Positions 21,204 to 32,292 of a DNA stretch of 64,000 bases are shown in pieces. The DNA comes from an uncultured Verrucomicrobiae bacterium (GTDB lineage Bacteria > Verrucomicrobiota > Verrucomicrobiia > Chthoniobacterales > JAFAMB01). A model generated the notes under the pieces. The model was not told where the DNA came from, made no database searches, and saw only the letters and a list, made by a program, of their open reading frames with translations. How positions within the stretch are numbered: position 1 is the stretch's first letter; each line of letters starts with the position of its first letter. Both the position numbers and the translations under genes were made by a program. The stretch lies in the NCBI GenBank assembly GCA_963782115.1, contig CAWAIK010000001.1, positions 576,001-640,000 of the forward strand, given 5' to 3'.

Positions 21204-22520
21204 TCAGGCGACCGGAATACTTTCGCGGACCAAAGCCTCATCGACGGCGACAGAAAGGTCGCTTCGCACCAGGACCCAGTTTCCGTATTGCTCCGTCCAA
21301 GCGCGAAGGTTAAAGCTCACCGCAGCAGAGGCGAAGTTAACAACATACGCTTGGGGCGCCGGTTCTTTTGTGACGCCCGGCTGATTGGCGGCCACACGCT
21401 TCAATACATCGATCACATGTTGCGGAGCCGCGCCTCGAGCCACGGTGACAAACACTTCGATAGCCCGGTAACTATCCGACAGGGTCCAGTTGGTTACCTT
21501 ATTGGAGATGATCGTTCCGTTTGGCACAATGACTTCGGAGCCGTCCGTCGTTCGCATTACGCATGCCCGGATACCAATGCGTCGGACTTCTTCAATGTCC
21601 GCGTCGATTTGGATGATGTCACCGACCTTGATCGGACGCTCGAAAAGCAATATCAATCCGCAAACGAAGTTATTGATGACGGTCTGTAGCCCGAATCCGA
21701 CTCCGACGGTAAATGCTCCTGCCAGAATCGTAACCTTTGAAAGGTCAACACCCAGCACCGCTAACCCGACGAAAAATCCAAAGAGCAGGATTGCGTAGTG
21801 AACCATTGTTGAAATCGCTTGCGGAACGCCCCGGGCGAGATGCCAATGGTAGTAGATATCTTCGTCCAGAAGAAAACGGAGGAAGCGCGATGCGGCGAAA
21901 GCAGCCCAGACCGTTGCCACAAAGACGAGTACCTGTTGCAAGGAAATGCTTAACGAGCCTATTGCTAGGTTCGCTCGGAGTACTTCTTCAGTGCCTGTAA
22001 CCAATGGCGTTCGCAGCCCGAAAAAGTTCAGCATAAGACTCGCCCAGTACACGAAGGCCAGGAATTAAGCAACGCCACGGATGCGCCGCTGAAGCATCGG
22101 CCGGTTGAGCCGAACGACGCGCACTAAACAGAGAGGACGCATCCCAAGCGATATAATGATTAGCCCTTCGACAATCCGCAGCGCGGCATACACAGCCGCA
22201 CCGACGTATGCGCTCCTAATCACGCCGCCCACAAGTAAATTCGCGAAGTTGACGTATCCAAAAACGTTTGCAAGGAGAGTTACAGGGAAAACGACCAGTC
22301 CGATTTGTATAGCAAGTTGGATAGCTCGCGCGAAAAGCTTCGTTGTATTGACACTAACGACACCAACGATCGGTGAATGCTTGCTCCAAATCAGCCAGAT
22401 CAGAAACAGAGTTTCTCCTAACATCTCTGCGCCGAAGACTAACCGGCCCAGTAGTGGTAGAAGGGCAGTGATCAATCGCAATTGATCAACAAAGTACAAG
22501 ATGATGAGGGCGTTGAGCAT
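21204..22520 (-). pseudogene. Large MscS-family mechanosensitive channel, degraded
   Basis: GVGFGLQTVINNFVCGLILLFERPIKVGD; in-frame TAA at 22065-22067; N-terminus lost. Confidence 0.85.
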
Positions 22521-22761
22521 CGGAAATAGTGCTCGACCGAACGATGAAAGCAGGAGAAGGTACGGCGCGCTGTCTTTAGCGCTATCCTTCGCAGGTCATT
22601 TCGGAAGCTGTGCGGCGTACGCACTCCGGGTCCCGTCCGGTCCCCCATCCGAGCTGGTCGAGCGCCGCGCCGATGCCTCGCGAGCCGCCTGTAACAAAGG
22701 CCACCTTGCCTCTTAATTTAAGATTCTTAATGATGATGATTCTTCATCGGGAAGCCTAACA

Positions 22762-23154
22762 TTACTGGGACTCAGTTGGATTGGCGGTGGCAAATAGATA
22801 GCGGTGAATTTTCCAGTGGCCCTGTTCCTTGCGGAATATGAACAATTCGTTATTCGCTTCGTCCGATACTTTATGGCTGGCAAGCAACTCCTGTGTTCCG
22901 GCTGAAGTCGTCCGCCCATAGGCCAAATCGACGCCCATGTCCACGATCTCGTGAATAGTGAAGATCACGTTCAGTTTGAGCACTTCGAAAAAATGATTGT
23001 AGATCTTATGCACGTCCTCACGACCAATGAAGGCCGGCGCACCTTGAGGCATAACGATAGGATCGCTGCCATATAAGGCTAAGGTCGCCTTCGCGTCACT
23101 GGTGTTGAGTGCCTTTTCGTAGGATTTGAGTAGGTTTGTTATTTCTTGGTTCAT
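22762..23154 (-). CDS. NTF2-like/SnoaL (YybH-like) protein
   Basis: YEKALNTSD...ELFIFRKEQGHWKIHRYLF. Confidence 0.8.
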   Translation of the reverse strand: MNQEITNLLKSYEKALNTSDAKATLALYGSDPIVMPQGAPAFIGREDVHKIYNHFFEVLKLNVIFTIHEIVDMGVDLAYGRTTSAGTQELLASHKVSDEANNELFIFRKEQGHWKIHRYLFATANPTESQ

Positions 23155-23227
23155 GTCTTTTGCAGGTCTGGTTTTGGAACAGGTGAGGTGAACGGCATCG
23201 AGCACACCGAGCGTATCGGATCAGACG

Positions 23228-23866
23228 TTAGACCAATTCCTCTGCTTCCTTGGCTGATACCAATTTTCCGAGCTTACCGAATTCGTGAAGGTCGCCGAAG
23301 ACTTCAATGCGGATAGACTGGTCGATCCCGCCTGCCAAGACGGCTGAAAAACCGCTGGCCGTAATGAGCCGCGCAATGACTCTGCCCGCCTCCGGATAAT
23401 CAGTCGCATAGAACAGCGTCCCACGATCCGGCGAACGGTTGGCACCGGATGCCAGAGTCGGAGCGACCAGCGTACCGAACGCCTTCACCAATTCTGCCCC
23501 TTCCGGGAGAAGCGCGGCAATCAACTCGCCGGCCGATTGATCTGACGGGATCGTCTTCTTGAACCCGCCGTTGCCATCCGGCGCGATCGGGTTCGAAGGG
23601 TCGACAACAATCTTCCCGGCCAAGGAGGCGCGATAGGTCGCGAGGAGGTTCTTGATCGCATCGAAGTAGATGGCGAGGATAACGACATCCGCTTCGCCGA
23701 TTGCCTCAGCGACCGGCAGGGCTTTGGCTTTGCCGCCCAATTCCGTCGCAAGCTTCTCCGCCTTCGCCAGAGTCCGATCGGCGACGATGATGTTTTCTCC
23801 GCCGGTGGTAAGGTGTTTTGCTAATGGGGAACCAATGTTCCCCAGGCCGATGATCGCGGTTTTCAT
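23228..23866 (-). CDS. NADP oxidoreductase (F420_oxidored family)
   Basis: IIGLGNIG, VDPSNP and VKAFGT motifs. Confidence 0.88.
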   Translation of the reverse strand: MKTAIIGLGNIGSPLAKHLTTGGENIIVADRTLAKAEKLATELGGKAKALPVAEAIGEADVVILAIYFDAIKNLLATYRASLAGKIVVDPSNPIAPDGNGGFKKTIPSDQSAGELIAALLPEGAELVKAFGTLVAPTLASGANRSPDRGTLFYATDYPEAGRVIARLITASGFSAVLAGGIDQSIRIEVFGDLHEFGKLGKLVSAKEAEELV

Positions 23867-24351
23867 GATATGTATGTTGCGTTTGTGGGTTAAGGCGCTG
23901 ACCAGGATGGCTTCATGGATTGATGACTCCGGATTTTTTTACAGGCTGCTACTTTCGATTCTGGCGCCGCGGCAACTCAGCCTAGGGCAGACTCCGGCTC
24001 CGGATTTCTTGAGGGCGGCAGAGTCTCGTTTGGACACCGATGACCGTGGCCTTCTCATTCCACTCGGCCACGACGTTTGGAGCGAACAATGGACGGATGG
24101 TGGAAAAATCGGAACCGTTAAGGCCATCCTGATAACGTTCGACGACTCTCTTCAATTCGCGTCGAACGGTCGCCATACGGGGGGCCCTCGGAAAAGTAAA
24201 GCTGCCGCTGGGCCCTCCGTCTTTTGCCAGGGATGCTGGGACTGGCGAAAGCGCCGCTCCCGCAGACTACGGGAAGCAGGAAAACGCCGAGCAAGCGAGT
24301 AGTCGCTGCCAGACCGGCGATGATCGAGTGATTAGTCATTGCAACAAGCTC

Positions 24352-24816
24352 TCAGACTTCAACTTCTCCACCTTCCGGGTCGCTCTGGAACTTCCAGGTG
24401 CCGCTCGAGCGGAAGGTAGAGCCGGTGCCGAATGTGTCCTCCATGTACTGCATGTACGTCACGAGTCCGTCCTTGAGCTTCACGTGAACGGCAAAAGGGG
24501 AGACGAACGTCTTGTCGAGCTTGACCGAGTGGACGGTGAAGCTGCCGAAGACAGCTACATTGCCACCCTCCCCGAAGATGTCTCGAATGTTGAATTCTTC
24601 GATGGTCCAGAAAGTGTGAACGTCCTGAAACGTCTTGAGGATGGCCGCCCGGCCGTCCTGGTGCGTGCCCGCCCATGGCATCAGGTTCTTCAGCGCAGGG
24701 TTTTCGTAGGTGAGCGAAATATATACGGCGTGCGGAGATACGAGTCGGTTGACCACCTCCGGCTTTGTCGCTCCTTGAAGGAGCTCCTGAACTATCTCAA
24801 GATTTGTCTTTGTCAT
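24352..24816 (-). CDS. SnoaL-like/ketosteroid isomerase-like protein
   Basis: MPWAGT, VAVFGSFT and DGLVTYMQYMEDT. Confidence 0.8.
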   Translation of the reverse strand: MTKTNLEIVQELLQGATKPEVVNRLVSPHAVYISLTYENPALKNLMPWAGTHQDGRAAILKTFQDVHTFWTIEEFNIRDIFGEGGNVAVFGSFTVHSVKLDKTFVSPFAVHVKLKDGLVTYMQYMEDTFGTGSTFRSSGTWKFQSDPEGGEVEV

Positions 24817-24949
24817 AACTCGTCAGCTGTCGTATCAGCCAGAGTGCTCTCAGAGCTTGTCGTCCCATTGAACATAATCAGCATCGTCAGAGCGTGGCTT
24901 CTTTCGTAGATGTCTACCCGGCCAGCTGGTCGATCCAGCGTGCTTTGAT

Positions 24950-25064
24950 CACGGGCGGACTGTTCGCTCAATCGTGGAGCCATCACCGCGCCCGCGGCGC
25001 CGCGGCCCACTATCGCAACATCGTATCCGGACCCGTTCGGACGTTGGCGCTGTTGATTTGGCAC
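24950..25064 (-). pseudogene. GMC oxidoreductase N-terminal remnant
   Basis: YDVAIVGRGAAGAVMAPRLSE, a degenerate FAD-binding motif. Confidence 0.55.
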
Positions 25065-25603
25065 ATCTGCAGCCTAGGGAGATCCCCGAAGTCTGACTAG
25101 ACGGGAAAGTTGCAAATCAGATTCCCATATTTGGAGCGAAAACGAAGGAGGCTCGTTCTGGAGCAAATCAATACATCCCTAAGACGTTCGGCATGTGCTT
25201 GTTGCCTGCCGGCGAACCGTGCCGCGGCTGTATCGGTTCGAAACGGCCGACACAAAGGTGTAGAAAGCAAAGTTCGATTCATTCGCGGCGTTGACCGGCC
25301 TTCGGTCGAAGGAATAGATTTGAGTTCGACATCGCCAGCCACACCTGATGGAATTGCATCCTCACACAAGTTGGCCGGGTGGAACAACTCCCACCTCCGG
25401 GACTCCTCTTTCATCCTCTTCGCTTGTAAATCCTCCGTCGACGTGTCTTCGGGAACGTCCTGCCCGTACGAGGGAGAATCGGCAAGTGAATGCTATGAAA
25501 CACTCCGAAGTCCATCCTCCGCCCGATCCGGACTACATAAGCCCAAAATGCCGTCACATGGCCAAAGCTCTAAGTATGACCTCCTGCCTTCGCGTTCAAT
25601 AGT

Positions 25604-26515
25604 ATGGCCGATCTAAATTCGCTGATCATTTTTGCCCAAGTGGTAAAGTCAGGAAGCTTTTCAAGGGCTTCAGCCCTCCTTAAAATGCCGGTCTCAACCG
25701 TCAGTCGGCACGTTGCCAAATTGGAGGAACAACTGGGGCTGCGGCTGATTGAGCGTTCGACTCGATCATTACGACTGACCGATGTGGGCGCCGAAGTGCT
25801 CGAGCACGCCAAACGGACCACCGAACTCAGTGAGGAAGTGGAAAGTATCGCTTCTGATCATTCGTCGAAAGTATCGGGAACGTTGCGGATCGCCGCGCCT
25901 CCCAGCATTTCTGATTCCCTGCTTGCGCCGCTTATATGCCAATTTCAGGCATCCTACCCTGATGTTCGCATCCACCTTTTCATCACCGAACGGATTGTCG
26001 ATCAAATAGCCGAAGGGGTTGACGTTGCCTTTAGGGTTGGTGAGCTGGAGGATTCCTCGCTTGTTGTACGCAGGCTCCTGACTTACCGCCATCAGCTCGT
26101 GGCTAGTCCCGATTATCTAAGGAGGTGCCCGACACCCAAAAGGCCGCAGGATTTGCTCAGCCATCGATTGCTCGCTTTCTCATTCTGGAGACCTGAGAAT
26201 AGTTGGCAGTTCAGAAGTGCGAGTGGAGCGGGTAACGATACGGTTACTTTTCGGCCTTACCTGGCGATCAATGAATATTCCGGCCTTGCTTACGCGCTGC
26301 TCGCAGGGGTCGGTATCGGTGAACTTCCGCCGATTGTTCAGCCTGAATTACTGCGGGATGGCCGGCTCGTCGAGATCATGCCGCAGTGGCACCTCCGACT
26401 CTTCAACCTCTCCGTTGTTCACGTTGGCAACCGATACATACCTCGCGCAGTTCGGGTGTTCAAGGAATTCGCTAGCCAATTTGTACCAACTCTTTTCTCG
26501 AACCTCCCTACCTGA
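25604..26515 (+). CDS. LysR family regulator (CrgA-like)
   Basis: GSFSRAS...STVSRHVAKLEEQLGLRLIERSTRSLRLT; VDQIAEGVDVAFRVG. Confidence 0.93.
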   Translation: MADLNSLIIFAQVVKSGSFSRASALLKMPVSTVSRHVAKLEEQLGLRLIERSTRSLRLTDVGAEVLEHAKRTTELSEEVESIASDHSSKVSGTLRIAAPPSISDSLLAPLICQFQASYPDVRIHLFITERIVDQIAEGVDVAFRVGELEDSSLVVRRLLTYRHQLVASPDYLRRCPTPKRPQDLLSHRLLAFSFWRPENSWQFRSASGAGNDTVTFRPYLAINEYSGLAYALLAGVGIGELPPIVQPELLRDGRLVEIMPQWHLRLFNLSVVHVGNRYIPRAVRVFKEFASQFVPTLFSNLPT

Positions 26516-26539
26516 GCACGCCATTTAAAACGGCAGGAG

Positions 26540-27206
26540 ATGAAAGACTTTAGGTTTCTAAACCATATCGTCATTTGGAATATTTTCGTCGCCATCATCT
26601 GCGTTCCAACCGCGGGTAAACTAATCGACGTATTGGGGGATTCCGCTCTCGATCTCAATTTACTATTTTCCCTTCGTGTACATTCTGAGCGATATCGTGA
26701 CTGAGGTATATGGCTACGCTCTAGCCCGGAGAGTCCTTTGGTACAGTATTGCGGCGCAACTGGTCGCTGTTGCCGTCTTTCAATTGGTGGAAGTATACCC
26801 CCCGTCGGTTGTGATGGCTGATAACCAGTCCTACGTGGATGTTCTGTCTGCGGCTCCAAGAATAGTGCTGTTCGGAACTCTGGCGGTAATTAGTGGCGAC
26901 ATCATAAACAATTACGTGATCGCTAAGATGAAGGTGTGGACGGGGGGACGCTACATGCCCGCGCGTTTCATAGTTTCCACCCTATGCGGTCAATTTACAA
27001 ATACCGCGGTCTTTTATACATGTGCTCTATGGGGAATCATGCCGCCTGGCCTGTTAATCAAGAGCATCGCCCTGGCCAGTCTCATGAAGGTTGGAGTGGA
27101 GATCGCGTTGCTGCCACTTGCCATTAAAGTATCCGTATGGCTTAAGAAGAGCGAAGGTGTCGATGTCTTCGACACGGCCACTGATTTCAACCCTTTGAAA
27201 TTTTAA
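26540..27206 (+). pseudogene. Queuosine precursor transporter (YhhQ/Vut_1 family), one frameshift
   Basis: FPFVYILSDIVTEVYGY, RFIVSTLCGQ and EGVDVFD..TDFNPLKF; frameshift in G-run near 26635-26640 may be a sequencing error. Confidence 0.75.
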
Positions 27207-27344
27207 TTCCCGCACAACTTTTCTGCACTGTTAAGACGTTACATATTTCGGCCGACTACCCCGCACTAAACAGCAGCGTCATAAATATTTGCGCATTGTG
27301 TTAGATTGCGTAGTTTGACAGGATGCGTCCATTAACAGTAGAAG

Positions 27345-27590
27345 ATGCCCCGGCACGTCCGCGATGACTTTGATCCCGTTGGCGCGCAAATGATCAGCCG
27401 GTCCAATGCCCGAGAGCATCAGGAGCTTAGGAGTCATTAAAGCGCCGGCGCAGCGCAGGACCTCCTTTGAGGCCAACACCTACCGGCGTTTGTCCTCGAC
27501 CTCGTATTCGACGCCCACAGCACGATCGCCTTCGATCACTACGCGCGTGGCAAAGGCACCGGTAACGACCTTCAGCGATGGACCAGCAGT
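27345..27590 (-). pseudogene. GMC oxidoreductase internal remnant
   Basis: RAVGVEY...[28 protein letters not shown]. Confidence 0.7.
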
Positions 27591-27602
27591 CGACGGCTTA
27601 GA

Positions 27603-27881
27603 CTAGAAAACCCCTTCTTCCACGTCATAAACATCGAAGAAGAACTTCACTTTGCTGGCCGGCTTGCAGTATTTCGGGATGTAGTTGGAAAGGTACTCCT
27701 GCGGCCCTTCATCTAGATCAGTAAGACGAAGGCCAATCATCTCGTTGTTCCATTTGATGACCGCTTTGCCGTCTTTCACCGTGGTGTTTTCCAGGATCCA
27801 CGCGTCGACTTCTACGTCGTTCGGGCCAGTAGACGCGAAAATCCTCACTCCCGGCGGAAATCGCATTGTCTGTTGGGACAA
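27603..27881 (-). CDS. Hypothetical protein or fragment
   Basis: 92-aa ORF with protein-like composition; no family recognised. Confidence 0.3.
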   Translation of the reverse strand: MSQQTMRFPPGVRIFASTGPNDVEVDAWILENTTVKDGKAVIKWNNEMIGLRLTDLDEGPQEYLSNYIPKYCKPASKVKFFFDVYDVEEGVF

Positions 27882-27926
27882 GGGACGGCCGACCTTTCAA
27901 ATGCTGGTCTTTATTGGATAATTAAA

Positions 27927-28135
27927 ATGAGAAAATTAGAGGACAAAGTGGCGGTGATTACGCGGGCGACTTCAGGGATGGCGCTGGCGACCGCGAAGCT
28001 ATTTTTGAAAGAGGGCGCCGCGTACACCTTCATTACTGGCCGGCGGCAGGAGAAGCTGGACGAGGCGGTGAAGGCAATCGGCCGAAATGAGACCGGAGTG
28101 CAGGGCGATGTGGCGAACCTGGCCGACCTGGAGCG
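27927..28135 (+). pseudogene. SDR N-terminal fragment
   Basis: MRKLEDKVAVITRATSGMALATAKLF...GVQGDVANLADLER, then homology lost. Confidence 0.75.
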
Positions 28136-28307
28136 GAGTTTCAACAAAAGATCAACACCAGAATTTGAGAGGTTGGTCCGCTTTGAAACTAGGAGCTGGA
28201 TCACGTATCTTAAGTTCCATAATTATGTTTTGCTGGCTAAGCTATCACGGTGCAGGACCAATCTAAATAATTGCTCGTCCAAATCATTTGCATGTTCGAG
28301 GGTCAAT

Positions 28308-29703
28308 TCAGGTGTTTGTGGAGAGAGGTGAATCGTTCTGAGGTAGGTAAGTCATCTCGCCTTGATTGATTTTCGAACAAACGCGGGACGCTTCGCTTAC
28401 CGCGCCAGAGGCATGAGCAGTCGAAATATCGTCGATCGTCGGCGAACGCTCGTGGTGGAGATACTGTACGAAATCCTTTGTGAAGAAGAGGTCCAAAGTC
28501 CAGTCGAGTGCTACCCGCAACTTCTTTTCCAGGCGCGGGAGTTTGAGAAGATAAACGGTTCGCCAAAGCCACCAAGCGATGAACCCGGAGAAGTTGATGC
28601 CGAAAATTCTTGCGACGCCGGTGCGACGCCCGATCGACGCCAGCAGCCCGAGGGTCTTAAATCGGAAAGGCTTCAAGGCGTCACCGCGAACGCTCGCCGC
28701 GATATTGTTTGCCAGCACCTTGCCCTCACGGGAGGCATGTTGCGCCGTTGGTGGTTGATATCCACCCTGCTGGTCAGGAATCATGGCACAGTCGCCGAGG
28801 GCCCAAACGCCCGGATGACCTGTAATACCCATTCCAGCGTTAACTTTGAGGCGATTGTGTTCTTTCGGGAGATCCAGCTGATTGAGTAAGGGGTGCGGCG
28901 AGGTGCCCGCTGTCCAAACCAGAGTAAAACTGTTGATTCGAGTGCCGTCGGTTAGTTCGATTTCTCTCGATGTTACCGCCTTGACTTTCGTGTTTGGACG
29001 AATCTCCACACCGCGCTCAGCGAGCTTGCGGCTGGCATAACGACCGAGTTCTTCCCCTAGTTCAGGAAGAACAAAATCTCCAGGGATGGACCAAAATGAC
29101 GCGGAGCATCTCCGGCTTGAGATTCGGATAATAGGGCAGAGCGTCCTTCAAAAGATCATTGATGCTGCCCGTAGTTTCAACGCCGGCGAATCCGCCCCCG
29201 GCAACTACGAATGTCAGAAGCGCCGCACGATCCTTCTCGGCACAATCGGTGCCCGCCTCCTCGAGATGCTCGATCAGCCGGTTGCGCAGCACGATCGCGT
29301 CTCCGAGCGACTTCATGGTAACTGCTCTTTCCTGGAGGCCGGATATATCGTAAAAATTTGTCACGCAACCTAGTCCAAAGACAATGTGGTCGTATTCCAT
29401 GGAATGAGTGTGGCGGTTAAACCCATGCGCGACGACAACGCGATGCTCCGCCAGGTTGACAGACTGAACCTCGCCCTCAAAGAATCGGACGTGGTTCCGC
29501 AAAATCTTACGGATCGGATTGACGATATGGGTTACATCGAGGTCACTTGCCGCTACTTCATGAAGCATCGGCGTGAAAAGGAAGAAGTTTTCCTAACTAA
29601 TCAGCGTGATTTCGAAATCGGGATCACGGCGTTTCTCGAACTCGAGTGCCGCATATAAACCACCGAAACCGCCACCAAGAATGAGGACGCGAGTTTTTTT
29701 CAT
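28308..29703 (-). pseudogene. Type II NADH dehydrogenase-like NAD(P)/FAD oxidoreductase, frameshifted
   Basis: ILGGGFGG, VAGGGFAGVE, WALGDCA and WWLWRTVYLLKLP; frameshifts near 29590 and 29075. Confidence 0.8.
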
Positions 29704-29799
29704 GGGATGTCGCTTCCCTTTACCAATGGCAATCCAAGAAGACATAATCGACATTTTATCCAGTTTGTTGACAGACCAAAGGAAGTATGGACATAGAAG

Positions 29800-30195
29800 C
29801 TAATATTTTTCACGGCCGGTTACTTTGCGTAAATATTCCAGTGTGGACGCTACAGTGACATGCCCTGTTGGAAAGCGCTCGACGCAGTGCGATCAGCGCG
29901 GGTTTACAATCGGCGATTAATCCGAACCATCTAGCGATCCAATCCCTAATCTGAACAAAAAGCTAAGACTTGCCGTGCATTGAAAGCATCACGAAGTACC
30001 GCTCTGGAGGAGGCTTGCGCAGCCGACTTCCCAATCCCTGGGCGTGCGAGTACCTGGAAACTCCAAAGTTCCAAGCTAAAGTCGCGTTCATCTTTAAGCT
30101 CCTAAATTATCCTATCGTAGAAATGCTTTACCTGCCTGCCCGCCCTGCTATCTTCGTAGATGATCACAACTTGGAAGGTCGGCCTATCGCCTAAA
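29800..30195 (-). pseudogene. Decayed hypothetical protein of a family I associate with Verrucomicrobiota
   Basis: Minus strand reads FQVVIIYEDSRAGRQVKHFYDRII*ELKDERDFSLELWSFQVL...IRDWIARW with stops and a frameshift. Confidence 0.45.
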
Positions 30196-30841
30196 TCCAA
30201 CGTTTAATTGGGATTGCAAGCTAATGAACGTTTCACGACCTAGCGGATTCTTGCCGCTAGTTAACAGGTTCTTCGGATCTCGATCTAAACATAAGGCCCT
30301 GACTTATAGGTCTCCGGTTCACAGGTCAGGACCGGCATTTCGTGGAGATACGTCCGAAGAGCCTCAGCCAAGCTGCGCAGTCGCACCGACTCCCCATTGC
30401 GTCGCGACGATGGTCGCACAGACAAGCACTTTGCATTTTTGCCTCCATAAAGACTATTCACTTCATAAACGGGGTTCGATCTCGCGTTAGCCGGCGATTT
30501 GTATCGTCGCGCTCAATCATTGTGAGTCCACGATATCAGCAGATATTCCGAAAACTATTTCAAAATGCCTAAAACGGCCGAGTACCAGGTATGTTTATCC
30601 ATGGGGCATTGCGGCGGTGCTAGTTAAGCTAGTTTCTAGACCCAAACAAGCCGCCCAAATTGCTGAACTAAACAAGTCAGTGAACGAACAAAAGGATCGG
30701 ACGAATCGATTCGGTTCTGTCAGGTTCATCAATATACTTACCGTTTCGCGTAAAGGGCTTGGCACGGTGAAACAGCATTGAAATTGCTGGCCAGAAAAAG
30801 AGCGGCGATGCCGAGCACAGATCTTAGCATCATCAGGAACT

Positions 30842-31396
30842 TTACTTCACCCTGCTCCTCTCGGCAGCCGACCCTGATTTCATTGATGCCGTATTAGGAT
30901 CTTCGGCGGCCCGTGTCTGCGCGGCAAATCTCCTCAATCGCGGTTTTATCAGCATATCCACCGAAAATCTGCCAGCCCCGAACACGAGAACAATCAAGGC
31001 AGCTAAAAGAAACGGAAACGGGTCAGCCTTCGCAAACTTGTCGGGATCGCTGAACATGCTGGATACGGCCTCGAAATCTGCCGTGAGGTAAGCCACTATC
31101 ATGGATATTACGATCAAAAGGGCCAGAGGTTGCGAGGCCACACCGATAATCAAGAGCAAGCTGCCGAAACATTCGAGCGAACCTATAAAGTAAGCATTCA
31201 AAGTAGGTAGCGGAATACCAAGGCTTGCGAAGAATTCCGATACTTTTCCGATGTTGGCAAGTTTCCCTTTGCCGGTTATAAACAGCTGCGAGAAAAAGTA
31301 GAGGCGCAGCAAAAGCAGAAAGGGTGACTGCAAGGCCGAACTACCAGCGAGCAACAACTCATAACTGCTTCGAGCTAATTTAATTATTTTTTTCAT
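30842..31396 (-). CDS. DoxX family membrane protein
   Basis: LLLLRLY..GKGKL, FFASLGIP, ECFGSLLLIIG and GAGRFSVD. Confidence 0.88.
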   Translation of the reverse strand: MKKIIKLARSSYELLLAGSSALQSPFLLLLRLYFFSQLFITGKGKLANIGKVSEFFASLGIPLPTLNAYFIGSLECFGSLLLIIGVASQPLALLIVISMIVAYLTADFEAVSSMFSDPDKFAKADPFPFLLAALIVLVFGAGRFSVDMLIKPRLRRFAAQTRAAEDPNTASMKSGSAAERSRVK

Positions 31397-31410
31397 TCGG
31401 TAATTAATTG

Positions 31411-31436
31411 GTCGGAGAAATCCTCAACTCCTTACA
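31411..31436 (-). promoter_or_regulatory. Putative ECF promoter TGTAAGG-N15-CGAC upstream of doxX
   Basis: Minus strand tgtaaggagttgaggatttctccgac; same motif and spacing at 34736. Confidence 0.6.
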
Positions 31437-31562
31437 CTAAAAAGGCCAAACGTCGTGTAACATCCTGAAATTGATCGGCCTCGACGGCGTGATTTAGGAG
31501 CGAATCCAGCCTTGAGCCAAGTTATTGGGGTTTAATGTCGGTGTGTTCTCTAGCTGTGGGGC

Positions 31563-32198
31563 TCAACCACCTGAGGCCTTGTGAGGGAAAGAGTCCATCA
31601 GCTCCGCAACAGCCTTGCGAATTGGCCTTAGGTCAAAAGATGGCGATAGACCACTTTCGTCGAAGCTTTCAATCGGTGGATCGACACCAAAAAGGGCGCG
31701 CGGAAAACGTGGGTGGAGGACCTGGCCGAGGAGCCTCTGAGCCGCGTCGGCACTCGTCTGCGGTGACAGGCGGAACGTCCTTCTCAGGTACGCCGCTAGC
31801 CTCGTTTCAATCTCCGTGAAAATCACGTAACAATAAAGGGCAGATTCGTTCGGGAATCTTGCTGCTTCCGCCGCGCATACCCGGCACATCCGAATAGCAC
31901 CCTCGTAGAGCAATGTTTCCAGGAAACGGCCGCAGAACAGTACCAAGGCTTTGGCCGGATCCTCGGAGTAGGCATCCGGTGTGCGTAACCGGTCGAGGAA
32001 AAAACCCCGCAGCAAATCGAAGACCGCGAGGAATAAAGCCTCTTTGTTTGCGAAGTGGGCATACAGGGTCCGCTTCGTCGTTCCCGCGCGACTGGCGATT
32101 ACATCCATCGAGGCCCGCTCATAGCCTTCTTCCAGGAACACCTCACGAGCGGCCCAAAGAATGTGATCGCGCAAGGCGTCGCCTCGTTTTCTGTTCAT
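31563..32198 (-). CDS. TetR/AcrR family regulator
   Basis: GYERASMDVIASRAGTTKRTLYAHFANKE. Confidence 0.9.
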   Translation of the reverse strand: MNRKRGDALRDHILWAAREVFLEEGYERASMDVIASRAGTTKRTLYAHFANKEALFLAVFDLLRGFFLDRLRTPDAYSEDPAKALVLFCGRFLETLLYEGAIRMCRVCAAEAARFPNESALYCYVIFTEIETRLAAYLRRTFRLSPQTSADAAQRLLGQVLHPRFPRALFGVDPPIESFDESGLSPSFDLRPIRKAVAELMDSFPHKASGG

Positions 32199-32229
32199 GA
32201 TCCTTCGATTCTTAAAAATCTTCCTTGAA

Positions 32230-32254
32230 AGTATACTATACGGTAGAGTATACT
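32230..32254. promoter_or_regulatory. Putative TetR operator AGTATACT-N9-AGTATACT
   Basis: Two perfect 8-bp palindromes in the divergent TetR/SDR spacer. Confidence 0.65.
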
Positions 32255-32292
32255 ATGCCAACAATGCTTAATCACCAACTTAGGAGTATTTT

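Noticed and set aside
22065..22067. Stop-codon reassignment or readthrough to explain in-frame TAA codons
   Set aside because: TAA terminates intact genes normally here, the affected genes carry other lesions, and the duplicate SRPBCC copy shows GAA at the equivalent site.
26516..26540. preQ1 riboswitch upstream of the queuosine precursor transporter
   Set aside because: Only ~25 bp separate it from LysR and no recognisable preQ1 aptamer is visible.
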